From IMG/VR virus record IMGVR_UViG_3300028559_000007: 42,086 bases of DNA. The stretch is one strand, 5' to 3'. Of the stretch, positions 1 to 9,734 are shown piece by piece; position 1 is the first letter of the stretch, and each line of letters starts with the position of its first letter. The notes beneath the pieces were generated by a model that was not told the origin of the DNA, ran no database searches, and saw only the letters and a program-made list of their open reading frames with translations. A program made the translations under genes and the position numbers. Source of the stretch: an uncultured virus (IMG/VR IMGVR_UViG_3300028559_000007) (lineage: Duplodnaviria; Heunggongvirae; Uroviricota; Caudoviricetes).

Positions 1-144
1 GCTTAACAAACATAAACTAATAAAGATTATTTTTTTCAATTTTTTCATAAGATATTTATTTTTGATTTATATATTATATGCCCAATAAGGCTTTTAGTTG
101 AGTGATTGAAAAATTAGTTTTTTTAGTATAATTTTTTTATATTT

Positions 145-1203
145 ATGAAAATTTATACTAAAAATATGCTTTTTAAAAAATATAGAAGAAGATATAAAAA
201 ACTTTGTAATAAAGTATGTCAATCTTTTAAAAAATTAGATAAAGAAGATAAAGTAAAAAAGATTACATTAAAAGATTTCTTTCTCTCTTTATCCGAAAGT
301 TCTAAAAATAAATTAAAAGTGAAAACAGATACTGGTATAGAAATTACTCTAAATCACAAAGACAATATTTCTAATGTTATAGTTCAATTTTTAAGAAATT
401 ATAAATTTAGTGAACTTGGTGTAACTAATAAATCATATTATTCTAGTGAATTAATTGATTTGAATAGTATTGATTCTTTTGAAAATTTATTAAAATTACT
501 TGATGATTTTATTAAGTTATCAGATTCTGAATTGATAAAAATAAAATACGAAAAATCTTTAGAGATATCAGAATCTATTAAGAAAAAACAAATTAAAGAA
601 AATGAATCTATTAGAAGAAATATAAAAAATGATAGATTATTAAAATCTTTTATAGATGAGTCAGAATTTATAAAAGATTATTTATATGATTTACAAGATA
701 TTCTTGGTAATTATAAAATTAAATATGAGAAATTTTTTGTTAATTTTACTTTTGATTTTTTTATTGATTGTAATTTACCAATTTCAGGTGATGGTTGAAA
801 AATTTTAATTTAACAATAAAATATGTTATATCTACTACTAAAAAATCTTTAATTTTAACAGTCATTAAGAGTTTTGATCATAGAGATTATAATAATATAA
901 TTGTTACTGAAAAAGATATTATGGAATATAAAAATTCAACAGATACTAAAATAATAGTGGATCAGATTTTAACAGGAATGGGAATGGATCGAACGCATCA
1001 GATTTTAGAATTATTTAATTGACTGTAAAATTGAATGGATATTTTTTAAAAATGATCCTGAGAAATGTTTAATGAATTCTAAAGTTAGAAATAGAGCCAA
1101 CTCTATTTCTTTTAAACCTGTTAAAAAAGTAGAATCTTTTATAAAGAATTTTAATCAATATTATACAATACCCAAAGGATCATTAATTGTTGATGTTTGG
1201 TAA
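145..1203 (+). pseudogene. Probable single hypothetical gene split into three frames (145-798, 795-1022, ~1009-1203)
   Basis: Consecutive open frames; downstream pieces lack ATG starts; junctions carry short atypical patches, incl. an 11-bp direct repeat ATCAGATTTTA at 961 and 997. Confidence 0.45.
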
Positions 1204-1536
1204 TATTAGTTGTTTTAATAGTTTATCTCGATTATATCTTTTAGTAATATCAATTAGTTCTTTACCAATACAATTATTTGTATCAATCCAGGATAATTTA
1301 TTGCCTATTCTTATCAAATTATTAGATTTTTTAACTATAAACTCGTTATATTTATTAGATATAGTTTCACCAATTAAACTTTTCCTTATTTTATAATAAA
1401 TTATTATATTTCTTGGACTTTTGATGTAGTATATGAAATAGTCTCCCGGATATAATGTAAAATTTGTAAAACAAATATCAATTGATAATTCAGTTTGAAC
1501 TTCTAAAACTTTATATTCACTTTCTGGTAGAATCAT
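1183..1536 (-). CDS. Hypothetical protein with C-terminal RDxxL tag
   Basis: ORF; ATG at 1536 just downstream of TACTTTTG promoter box; ends YNRDKLLKQLILPNINN. Confidence 0.75.
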   Translation of the reverse strand: MILPESEYKVLEVQTELSIDICFTNFTLYPGDYFIYYIKSPRNIIIYYKIRKSLIGETISNKYNEFIVKKSNNLIRIGNKLSWIDTNNCIGKELIDITKRYNRDKLLKQLILPNINN

Positions 1537-1539
1537 ATA

Positions 1540-1594
1540 CAAAAGTAAAAAAAATTTTTGTATTTTAAAAGTAAAAAATTTTTTTGTATCTTTG
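1540..1594. promoter_or_regulatory. Divergent Bacteroidota-type sigma70 -7 boxes (TAnnTTTG)
   Basis: TACTTTTG (-, 1547-1540) and TATCTTTG (+, 1587-1594), each 3-4 nt before an ATG. Confidence 0.7.
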
Positions 1595-1598
1595 TATT

Positions 1599-2009
1599 AT
1601 GGAAAAATTATACTGCTTTCTAAGACAAGAAACTGATAAATCAACTAGTGCTTATAGTTATGCAGTTGCCAATATAGATCTGTTTAGAAAAATAACACCT
1701 GCAATAACCCAAGAACATTTTTTTAGATGGGAATATAATTTAGACCATTTAGAAACAGGACAATTATTTTACTATTCTAAAGAAATATTACCTGGTCAAA
1801 TGACTATAAAAGTTGAACCACTTGATATAAAAAAATATGAATCTATTATAAAATTATATAGATTATATGTAAGTTCTGGAGTTACTACTACATCTAGTAA
1901 TTCTTTAAGAAATAAAGTATTAGTTTATTTGGAAAATTATTATGCTAAAGTTATTGTCAAAGAAATGAGAGATTTAAAAATTAATGAAATATTAGATGGA
2001 GAAAATTAA
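1599..2009 (+). CDS. Hypothetical protein, C-terminal tag
   Basis: ORF, ATG after promoter; ends EMRDLKINEILDGEN. Confidence 0.8.
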   Translation: MEKLYCFLRQETDKSTSAYSYAVANIDLFRKITPAITQEHFFRWEYNLDHLETGQLFYYSKEILPGQMTIKVEPLDIKKYESIIKLYRLYVSSGVTTTSSNSLRNKVLVYLENYYAKVIVKEMRDLKINEILDGEN

Positions 2010-2250
2010 TTTAGTTAGTAAAAAAAATAAATTTATCAATCAAAAAAATAAAGGTAAAATTAAAATACTAACTGCTGGTAAAAAATATATTCTTGAAAAA
2101 GAAGAAATAAAATATTTTGTAAAAAATTATAGATACAGAATAGATTTGGATAATAGAGAATCCTACTCTTATTCTGAATCAGAAGTAAAAGAAAATTTTA
2201 TTACTCTAAATAATAGTAGAAATATCAAATTAAATGAATTGGGAATATAA
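1996..2250 (+). CDS. Hypothetical protein, C-terminal tag
   Basis: Overlapping operon ORF; ends SRNIKLNELGI. Confidence 0.8.
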   Translation: MEKINLVSKKNKFINQKNKGKIKILTAGKKYILEKEEIKYFVKNYRYRIDLDNRESYSYSESEVKENFITLNNSRNIKLNELGI

Positions 2251-2537
2251 TGGAAGATAATAAAAGAATAGGTCCACAATTAACAGTTATCCCTGAACAA
2301 AAACATTATACTTGTTGGGGATGTAAATATTATAAATATCAAATGATTAGAAGTGGATTTAATCCATTAATTAATCATGAATGTAAAAAAATGAATTTAT
2401 TAGGTGATGTATTGGAGGATAATAAAGTAGAATATAATGTATCAGCATACGTATTAGATGAGGGTAAAACTCCAAATAAATGTCCTTATTTAAAAAGCTC
2501 GAAAAGAAATGATAAATTAAATGATTTAGGAGTATGA
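2250..2537 (+). CDS. Cys-rich hypothetical protein, C-terminal tag
   Basis: CWGC...C...CP; ends KRNDKLNDLGV; TAATG coupling. Confidence 0.8.
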   Translation: MEDNKRIGPQLTVIPEQKHYTCWGCKYYKYQMIRSGFNPLINHECKKMNLLGDVLEDNKVEYNVSAYVLDEGKTPNKCPYLKSSKRNDKLNDLGV

Positions 2538-2863
2538 AAATTATTATAGGAAATAAAATATATGAAAGCTGGGATGAGCCAACATTTCCTTCTAAAAGAA
2601 GTAAAGATAAAACAATATCTTTAAAATTTTATGGACATCATCAGTTTAAAGATTTTCCAGAATTTATTATTTTAGATAAATTTAAATATCAATGGATATT
2701 AAAAGGATGTAAATTAACTTCAGTATCACACGTGTTAGATATATTTGATAAAACGTATGATACCTGTATAATTATCTCTTACGAGTCAAAATCTGGATCA
2801 CATATAAAAGAAGCTATTAAAAGCGAAATAAGAAATATTAATATAGAAAGAATTCTAGGATGA
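2534..2863 (+). CDS. Hypothetical protein, C-terminal tag
   Basis: ATGA coupling; ends EIRNINIERILG. Confidence 0.8.
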   Translation: MKIIIGNKIYESWDEPTFPSKRSKDKTISLKFYGHHQFKDFPEFIILDKFKYQWILKGCKLTSVSHVLDIFDKTYDTCIIISYESKSGSHIKEAIKSEIRNINIERILG

Positions 2864-3057
2864 GGAAACTATCAAGCAAGGAACTAAAAAATGACATGTA
2901 TGTATCTCTAAAAAATACTGATACAGTATATAAAATAATAATAGAAGATTCTGAAATGTTCTATACAGTAGATGGAACTAATTGGAAAATGCCAGGTGAA
3001 CTAGTTAAGAATGAGTGGTGGGAAACCATGAAAACAATAAAACTTAATCAAACATAA
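2860..3057 (+). CDS. Hypothetical protein
   Basis: ATGA-coupled ORF. Confidence 0.65.
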   Translation: MRKLSSKELKNDMYVSLKNTDTVYKIIIEDSEMFYTVDGTNWKMPGELVKNEWWETMKTIKLNQT

Positions 3058-3121
3058 CGGAACCATTGAATTAAAAGGTGGAGAATTAAAAGAGAGAGAA
3101 AAAATTAAACCAATTAGGAAT

Positions 3122-3406
3122 ATGATTATAGGAGAAAAAATAGTATTTTTAGAATCATTCGAGTTTAATAAAAAGAAATATAAACGTGGACATCAATTCA
3201 CTATTACTAAAATAGATACTTACCAAATAGATAATACTTACGGAATAAATTTAGAAGATAGTGAGGGCAATAAAATTTTGAATATTAGGCCTTTATTTGA
3301 TGATCACTTCCTAATAGGACGACCTATTGAAAATACTTGGTTCCCAATGTGTTATAAATTACTAAATGAAATAAGAAATGATAAGTTAAAAGAACTTGGT
3401 ATTTGA
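3122..3406 (+). CDS. Hypothetical protein, C-terminal tag
   Basis: Ends EIRNDKLKELGI. Confidence 0.8.
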   Translation: MIIGEKIVFLESFEFNKKKYKRGHQFTITKIDTYQIDNTYGINLEDSEGNKILNIRPLFDDHFLIGRPIENTWFPMCYKLLNEIRNDKLKELGI

Positions 3407-3438
3407 ATTAAAATATTTCTAAATATTATATATACTTA

Positions 3439-4242
3439 ATGAAATATCTAAAACATTTCAAAATATTTGAATCACAAACATCTGATCATTGGGATGTATA
3501 TGATATATTTCAAGACTTATTTGAAGAGTTTTATTATGAATTGCCAGAATTTATAACTAAATATCCAAATCAACACGATATACAACTAGCAAGTCATAAA
3601 TATGGACAAATAATGATTTCTGATAATTTTGTATTTGGTGCTAAATGTTTACAGGTTAGAATAACTGATAATTATAGAGGACATACTATTAAACCAGGAA
3701 TGTTCAAAAACTTTGAAGGGTTACATGATGAGAAATATTCAGAGATGTTACAAGAATGTCATAATAGAGTTGTTTCACTTTTACATCCAGTTGAAACTAT
3801 TGTTGGATCAATTGGTAAATACACAATCGATTTAGATTTAGTATATTTTTATGAGAAACCAAATTTTAGTAGATGTGGTGAAGTTGAAATATATGGTTCT
3901 AATATTGGAATAAGATTAGAAAAATTAGGAATAAATTTATCATCAAATTCAAGGCATGATAATGGATTTCATTCTGATGGCTCTCCTTTGTATGCTGGAG
4001 ATATGTTTTATCTACTAGGATATTATGATTACGATTTTTATAAAGTAGAAAAAATATCTAGTTACAATAATGATACACCATTTGTTAAATGGGTTACTTC
4101 TGAGTGGCAGAGTGTTTGTAAGAAGTTAAAAATAAAAGAAGGTCAAAAATATAATAGGGAAAATCCAAAAATAACTGTTGCTGAATTTATGACTATACTT
4201 AAAAAAAATCAAAATAATTATGAAACATTTAAAGAAGTATAA
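3439..4242 (+). CDS. Putative capsid-internal protein (N-terminal CTS-like peptide)
   Basis: Starts MKYLKHFKIFES; TATATATA just upstream. Confidence 0.75.
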   Translation: MKYLKHFKIFESQTSDHWDVYDIFQDLFEEFYYELPEFITKYPNQHDIQLASHKYGQIMISDNFVFGAKCLQVRITDNYRGHTIKPGMFKNFEGLHDEKYSEMLQECHNRVVSLLHPVETIVGSIGKYTIDLDLVYFYEKPNFSRCGEVEIYGSNIGIRLEKLGINLSSNSRHDNGFHSDGSPLYAGDMFYLLGYYDYDFYKVEKISSYNNDTPFVKWVTSEWQSVCKKLKIKEGQKYNRENPKITVAEFMTILKKNQNNYETFKEV

Positions 4243-4615
4243 TGAATCTAAATATAGTATTGAGAAGATACAACCGACTATTATCAGTATAAAATATTTT
4301 AATATTAGAGAACTTCTTGATGGATTAGAAGTTGAAAGACCTGGTATAAAATCTAGAATGATAGAATGGATTAGTGAAAATAATGATCTAAATGATGGAT
4401 TCAAATCAATCAACCTATTCTACTATGGTATAGGTGATGAATACCCTAATGAATATCTCACAAAATATCCAGATGAATTAGAACATTGTAAAAAAATGCA
4501 TCCAGATGCTTTTAAAGAAAATTCAAAAGAAAAAGAGATTAGATTAGACCTAAACTTAATTTGGTCAGTATATCAGAGTGATATAGATGATGTTGGAATT
4601 TTTAAGATAAAATAA
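4220..4615 (+). CDS. Putative capsid-internal protein (CTS-like)
   Basis: Starts MKHLKKYNES. Confidence 0.75.
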   Translation: MKHLKKYNESKYSIEKIQPTIISIKYFNIRELLDGLEVERPGIKSRMIEWISENNDLNDGFKSINLFYYGIGDEYPNEYLTKYPDELEHCKKMHPDAFKENSKEKEIRLDLNLIWSVYQSDIDDVGIFKIK

Positions 4616-4645
4616 AAATTTTGTATATTTGTAAAAATAATAAAA

Positions 4646-4852
4646 ATGAGATTCGATCAACTTTTATTTGATGATTTTGAATTTATAATTCAAAATTGGA
4701 GTAAAGAAACCGGTAAAAATTTTATTAAAGAAGAATCATTTGATGGAACTATCGAATATGTCTATGATGTGAATTCATTTAGACGATGGTATCATGAGAA
4801 TAGTTTACGAATTGAAAGAGATGAAAAATTAAAAATTATATTTGGATCTTAA
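4646..4852 (+). CDS. Hypothetical protein, C-terminal tag
   Basis: TATATTTG box at ~4624; ends ERDEKLKIIFGS. Confidence 0.75.
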   Translation: MRFDQLLFDDFEFIIQNWSKETGKNFIKEESFDGTIEYVYDVNSFRRWYHENSLRIERDEKLKIIFGS

Positions 4853-5308
4853 TTAAAGTGTATCATATTCAAATGGTTTATGTATATAAATTGATAAAGC
4901 TTCCCAATCTAATGATCCATAAACTTCACTAGCCTCTTCTAGACCCATTAAAGGAATATCATCATACATTAGAAGTGATAAATCTAATCCCAATTCAGAT
5001 TCCAAATGTGATCTTAAATTGGATAAAGCTTCATAACACTCTGAAATAATTTCAACACTTTCTGATTGTGTTGAAATCTCAAAAGATAAGCAATCTATTA
5101 TTATTTCGTCAGAAGTATCAACATAATGAGTTCCATCGGGTGAGCCATCATCTAACACATGGTAAGTATGCTCTCCAATAACCGGAGAACTAATATCAAA
5201 TCCCAGATCAATAAAATCAAATTTATGATCTTCAATAATATTGATAGCATCATCAAATATGTGTTTTAAACCAGATTCGAATAATTTATATTTTTTAATA
5301 TATTTCAT
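4853..5308 (-). CDS. Putative capsid-internal protein (CTS-like), acidic
   Basis: Starts MKYIKKYKLFES; TATATATA upstream. Confidence 0.75.
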   Translation of the reverse strand: MKYIKKYKLFESGLKHIFDDAINIIEDHKFDFIDLGFDISSPVIGEHTYHVLDDGSPDGTHYVDTSDEIIIDCLSFEISTQSESVEIISECYEALSNLRSHLESELGLDLSLLMYDDIPLMGLEEASEVYGSLDWEALSIYIHKPFEYDTL

Positions 5309-5355
5309 GATGTTGTATATATAAAATTTACTTATATTTGATATTAATCAAAATA

Positions 5356-5832
5356 ATGAAAATATTTGAAATACACATTACGGGAGAAAGTGACATAAAT
5401 AAAGAACTTACGACTCTAGGTATCAAAAATATTATTATTGATTTACTAGGTCCCGATAAATTAGTTTTAAGAACTGAATATATGAGTTCATTTACTAAAA
5501 AATTTGAAAACATTTATGAATGTAAAGAATATGTAAATAGTTTGTGTCATTTATTGAAATCTAAAATAATTAGAGTTAAGATTGAAAGTCCATTTTATGA
5601 AGAATATATTGATAAATCTTTATACATGGAATCACATTTCAATCCATTTAATCTAAATTATCCGATTTCAAGAAATCAGAGATCTCAAAAATTAATAGCT
5701 ACTGATAGAACTAACAACAAACTATCATATAATGATTTTAGAAAAAAATGGGAAAACGAAGATGTTGAATTATGTCTATATGATTCTTTTATTGAAGAAG
5801 ATAGGGATTGGTTTGATTTATATAAAAAATAA
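5356..5832 (+). CDS. Hypothetical protein
   Basis: ORF; TATATTTG at 5333-5340; ATG at 5356. Confidence 0.75.
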   Translation: MKIFEIHITGESDINKELTTLGIKNIIIDLLGPDKLVLRTEYMSSFTKKFENIYECKEYVNSLCHLLKSKIIRVKIESPFYEEYIDKSLYMESHFNPFNLNYPISRNQRSQKLIATDRTNNKLSYNDFRKKWENEDVELCLYDSFIEEDRDWFDLYKK

Positions 5833-5841
5833 TAAATAATT

Positions 5842-5994
5842 ATGAAAATTGAAAATTTTAGTCAATGGTGGGATCAAAACCATTTAGAATATGAAAAAAT
5901 AGGCATTAACAGAATTGTTGCAAAAACAATTTGGGATGCAGCTTGTGATGCTTTTGGTGATTTATTTCTAAAAACACTAGAAAGGAAAATTTAA
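5842..5994 (+). CDS. Small hypothetical protein (50 aa)
   Basis: Read by eye: MKIENFSQWWDQNH...LERKI*, fills gap in operon. Confidence 0.6.
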   Translation: MKIENFSQWWDQNHLEYEKIGINRIVAKTIWDAACDAFGDLFLKTLERKI

Positions 5995-6135
5995 AATTTG
6001 TTGAGAAAATAAATTTTACTATATTTGTTTAAAACAAAATTATGGTATTACATCCGTCTGTTGAAAATTTTATTAAACTTATTTCTGATGAGAAAAAAGA
6101 ATATAAACTTTATAAGTTTATTAAAATAAAAGCAT

Positions 6136-6474
6136 ATGAGTCAAACTGAATTACATTTTGGAAAACTTAGAAAAGTTGAACTAAAAGAAAATAAAACAAC
6201 TGATGAATTTTTCAAAGAAAAATTATTAGAAAAAGGAATACACGATTTGAACAATTCATCTTTAGATAATGCTTTTAAAGATAATTTTTATGAGAAATAT
6301 TTCATTATAAATAATGTAATATGGGAAGTATTTGATCACATAGAAAAAGATGCTTCTGATGATATTTATGAAATAACAAAAAATACAGATGGAACATTAT
6401 CCTTTATAATGAAATTTTATAATGGAGGAACTTGTCTATCTGAGTGTATAGAAGAGGGATTAGCAAGAATATGA
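6136..6474 (+). CDS. Hypothetical phage protein
   Basis: ORF with C-terminal FYNGGTCLSECIEE. Confidence 0.75.
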   Translation: MSQTELHFGKLRKVELKENKTTDEFFKEKLLEKGIHDLNNSSLDNAFKDNFYEKYFIINNVIWEVFDHIEKDASDDIYEITKNTDGTLSFIMKFYNGGTCLSECIEEGLARI

Positions 6475-6689
6475 TAAAAATTGGAGATATTTTTTTATGG
6501 AAAGATGAACTTCCTCCTTTAAGAGGAGTAGTTAATTTTATACATGGTGATACATTTTCTATTAAATGGGAAAATGATAGAGTAATAAATTATGATCTTG
6601 ACTCTTTTCAAAATATTCCTTATTTATATAATATAACTATTCAAGAAAAAAGAAATAATAGATTAGAATCTATTTTAGAAACTGAGTAA
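6471..6689 (+). CDS. Small beta-barrel-like protein, C-terminal tag
   Basis: ATGA-coupled MIKIGD...; ends KRNNRLESILETE. Confidence 0.7.
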   Translation: MIKIGDIFLWKDELPPLRGVVNFIHGDTFSIKWENDRVINYDLDSFQNIPYLYNITIQEKRNNRLESILETE

Positions 6690-6890
6690 GAGATACTCAC
6701 CAGTCTTGATCTAAAGACTCATTTAAACATAGATTGGTTATTGGACTGGACAACCTTAACGCCAGTCTCGTGGGAATAAAGGATGTACACAACTCCTCCC
6801 AGTAGTGTGATTTTTTTAATCGGGGATGCCTAACAGGTTTTTTATAAGTAAAAAACAGATACAACTACTAACCAGTAATCTCAAGGTTAG
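6683..6890 (+). ncRNA. Structured, probably pseudoknotted ncRNA of unrecognised family
   Basis: Multiple stems, e.g. GACTGG/CCAGTC, TGGGA/TCCCA, GTTTTTTA/TAAAAAAC, closing ATTGGTTA/TAACCAGT; loop AACCTT complementary to 3' AAGGTT. Confidence 0.6.
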
Positions 6891-6896
6891 GAAACT

Positions 6897-6996
6897 AGTC
6901 AGGTGGCGTAATGGTAACGTGTCACCTTCAAAGTTTGAGGATAGTGATATCCTCTCTATGATAAAGAAGTTACAGGTTCGAATCCTGTCCTGACTA
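6897..6996 (+). tRNA. Atypical tRNA-like RNA (disrupted anticodon stem, extra hairpin)
   Basis: Acceptor AGTCAGG/CCTGACT, D arm GCGT-AATGGTA-ACGT, T arm ACAGG-TTCGAAT-CCTGT; middle non-canonical. Confidence 0.75.
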
Positions 6997-7009
6997 CTAA
7001 ATAATTTAT

Positions 7010-7240
7010 ATGAAATATAAAACACTATATCAGAATGGTAAATTTTACCCAATGGTTAAAGAAACTAATATTTTTAAAATATTATCCAATCCATTATGGT
7101 GGTTATTCTGGAAAAGAATAGGAGATCATAGAAGTGTTTCTGATATTCCATTTGGTTTATATGAGGAAATCGATCATGGATATAAAACCAAAGAAGAATC
7201 TGAGGAAATTATAAAACTTTATAAAGAACATAATAATTAA
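7010..7240 (+). CDS. Hypothetical protein
   Basis: ORF, typical codon usage. Confidence 0.7.
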   Translation: MKYKTLYQNGKFYPMVKETNIFKILSNPLWWLFWKRIGDHRSVSDIPFGLYEEIDHGYKTKEESEEIIKLYKEHNN

Positions 7241-7242
7241 AT

Positions 7243-7521
7243 ATGATTAATAAAAATCTAACCATTATTTTCGCTTTAGTATTAGTTTCATTTATGACAT
7301 TTGGAATTTTGTCAATATCTGAATCATTTTATAAAAATAAATGGGTTGTTGAAGTATCTTATTGCAATTCTGATAAAATTGATACCTTAAATATTACAAC
7401 CCGTGGAACTAAAAATTATATTTCAACATTTAGAGAAGCTGTTCCTGTATTACATATTGGAAATAGTAAATTTCTTAATGTTTGTAAATATGAAGTTTTG
7501 TCTATAACTGCTGAAAAATAA
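7243..7521 (+). CDS. Membrane-anchored hypothetical protein
   Basis: N-terminal hydrophobic helix. Confidence 0.7.
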   Translation: MINKNLTIIFALVLVSFMTFGILSISESFYKNKWVVEVSYCNSDKIDTLNITTRGTKNYISTFREAVPVLHIGNSKFLNVCKYEVLSITAEK

Positions 7522-7952
7522 TGAATCTTAAAATAATTTTAATAATTATTCATTTCATGAAAGTAAATAAAATAATACTTAAAATATGTCATTTTTTCAA
7601 ATATCGTCTTGATGAAGAACATCTAATATCAAATTTGTAGTATTATGATTATAAATTAAATCTTCAAATTCTTCTTCTGGATAAACGGTAGGAATATTAA
7701 TAGTAATATCGTCTTGATGATATCTTTGACCAAATTTATAAAAGATTTGAAAAAGATTCAATTATTGAAAAAAGATGCTCTAATATTAGAGCAGTTTTTG
7801 TTACTTTTTATAGAAATAATAATTATGATGGTGGAAGTAGGTTAATTCGTGTTCCTTATTTAGACGGTGTTTTATATAATCCATATGATCAGTATGCACA
7901 TCAATCCTTTATGAGACAAATTAAATTAAACAGATTACTAAATGAAAAATAG
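7521..7952 (+). pseudogene. C-tagged gene interrupted by an in-frame 105-bp stop-containing insert
   Basis: 16-bp direct repeats at 7600-7615 and 7705-7720; 3' part ends FMRQIKLNRLLNEK*. Confidence 0.65.
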
Positions 7953-7962
7953 TTGGTAAAAT

Positions 7963-8562
7963 TTAGAATCCAATTCTTTTAATTAAATTTTTAAATTCAT
8001 TATCAAAACTCAATATTATTACCCATATAAGAATAAAGATGGTATGAATTATTTCAGGTATTGCCAATCCTTTAAAAATATATGTTGTTAAAATTGGCAA
8101 TATAAGACAAGATAATGATATTACTATGGAAGCCATTCCTATTCTAAAATCAGTTTTTAATAATCTATATCCAAAGATAAATATTGATATTGTATATCCA
8201 ATAAAATATGATATTGCAAAAAGATTATGAATTTTATAACTCATATCAATAGATGCAGTTAATAACAAAAATAAACTAGATAGTGAAAATAATATTGTAA
8301 GATTAGAGTTTATTTTATAATGATTATAATATCTAAATATATTTTTCAAAGATTGTAAGTAAAGTAAAATTCCTAATATAAATAATGAGGTATTCCATAA
8401 TATTCCTGTTTTATGGTTTACTCCATAATGTGATAATGATATATCAGATATATTTAATTCCGAAACATTTGAGATACAAAATAATAGAATAACAAAAAAT
8501 AAAGTAGATGAAATTACCGAATGTATTTTCTTAATTTTTAATATTTTTTCTCTTACTTTCAT
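7963..8562 (-). CDS. Multi-pass membrane protein, DUF998-like
   Basis: About 6 hydrophobic helices; ISLSHYG, WN and IH motifs typical of DUF998/Frag1-like proteins. Confidence 0.6.
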   Translation of the reverse strand: MKVREKILKIKKIHSVISSTLFFVILLFCISNVSELNISDISLSHYGVNHKTGILWNTSLFILGILLYLQSLKNIFRYYNHYKINSNLTILFSLSSLFLLLTASIDMSYKIHNLFAISYFIGYTISIFIFGYRLLKTDFRIGMASIVISLSCLILPILTTYIFKGLAIPEIIHTIFILIWVIILSFDNEFKNLIKRIGF

Positions 8563-8604
8563 GCCATATATATTCAATTATTAACTTAAATATAAAAAAT
8601 AAAA

Positions 8605-9039
8605 ATGAATCAAACAAAAACTTCTTTAGATAATTTTGAGCAAAGGGAACAAAATAGTATCATATTTATTTGTGATAGTGCCGTAGATTTTACAGAAGAA
8701 GTTTATATAGAATTATCTCTAGAGTATAAAGAAGGATTTACATCAGTTATACCATTTGAATTATTAAAAAATATTTTAAAAATAAAAAATATTCAACATA
8801 TAATATATTTATATTTTTATAAAATATGTAGAAAAATGCCACATTTTAATGATACTAATGAAATATTTTACAAATGTTATAGAAAGTTTTCACATACACA
8901 TAGATATGGTGAATATGTATACAGAAATTTAGAGATTGATAATTGTATTAATTATATTATAAAAGAAAATTTATCAATAGTACCACCAACATTAACTATT
9001 GATATTATAAGACAAATTAAAATTGATACTTTAATTTGA
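8605..9039 (+). CDS. Hypothetical protein, C-terminal tag
   Basis: Ends IIRQIKIDTLI. Confidence 0.7.
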   Translation: MNQTKTSLDNFEQREQNSIIFICDSAVDFTEEVYIELSLEYKEGFTSVIPFELLKNILKIKNIQHIIYLYFYKICRKMPHFNDTNEIFYKCYRKFSHTHRYGEYVYRNLEIDNCINYIIKENLSIVPPTLTIDIIRQIKIDTLI

Positions 9040-9519
9040 TTTGAAATTTAATACCAAACTATTTAAAAAAGTTTTATCACGCGGCAATTCATCAGAATCA
9101 CACTCAGAATTATCTTTAATACTATCTAAAGATTTATAGATACTATCTAAAGTTTTATCATGTGGATCTAATATATATCCATAAGGTTCAGGCCTAAATC
9201 CATGTAGCTTATAATAAGTGGATTTTAATAAAAAAAAATCTAAAGAATATAAATAACTTAATAAATGTTTTAAAGATAAAATACAATTATTTAAATCAAA
9301 ACATTCCCAGGCTTGATCCATCCACGGCATATCTTTTACATTTGTAATATTTGATTTAATTTCAATTTTTAAATATTCTTTTAAATCATTTTCACTATAA
9401 TAATTTTCTACTGAAAATGTAACACCATCATTTTTATACTCAATAAATAAATCATTTAAATATTCTTTTATTTCTTCTATCTCTGATTTAGATTCATTAA
9501 ACTTTTTTAAATATTTCAT
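9031..9519 (-). CDS. Putative capsid-internal protein (CTS-like)
   Basis: Likely true start MKYLKKFNES at 9519, preceded by TATATATA. Confidence 0.75.
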   Translation of the reverse strand: MKYLKKFNESKSEIEEIKEYLNDLFIEYKNDGVTFSVENYYSENDLKEYLKIEIKSNITNVKDMPWMDQAWECFDLNNCILSLKHLLSYLYSLDFFLLKSTYYKLHGFRPEPYGYILDPHDKTLDSIYKSLDSIKDNSECDSDELPRDKTFLNSLVLNFKSN

Positions 9520-9554
9520 ATATCTATATATAAAAAATTTCATATATTTACTTA

Positions 9555-9734
9555 ATGGAAAATAAAATTACTTATACAGAAAGTGAAGTTGAAGAATTAT
9601 TAGTAGTTCAAAGAGGAAATTGTTATGTAGCAATTTTATCCAAAACAAAAGATGAAAATTTAGCAAAAATTGCTGTCAACTCTCCAGAACCTTCTGGTGG
9701 TAAATGGCGTAAATCATTAGAGGTAAATGAATAA
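9555..9734 (+). CDS. Small hypothetical protein (59 aa)
   Basis: Read by eye: MENKITYTESEVEELLVVQRGNCY...EVNE*. Confidence 0.6.
   Translation: MENKITYTESEVEELLVVQRGNCYVAILSKTKDENLAKIAVNSPEPSGGKWRKSLEVNE

Noticed and set aside
6897..6996. tRNA-Sec or opal suppressor call from the TCA triplet
   Set aside because: Anticodon stem does not pair, acceptor/T geometry is 7/5, and no sel genes or UGA-interrupted ORFs are evident
7521..7952. Stop-codon reassignment (TAG or TGA read-through) explaining broken genes
   Set aside because: The interruptions include TAA stops and frame changes, many genes use ATGA stop-start coupling, and long ORFs are intact in code 11
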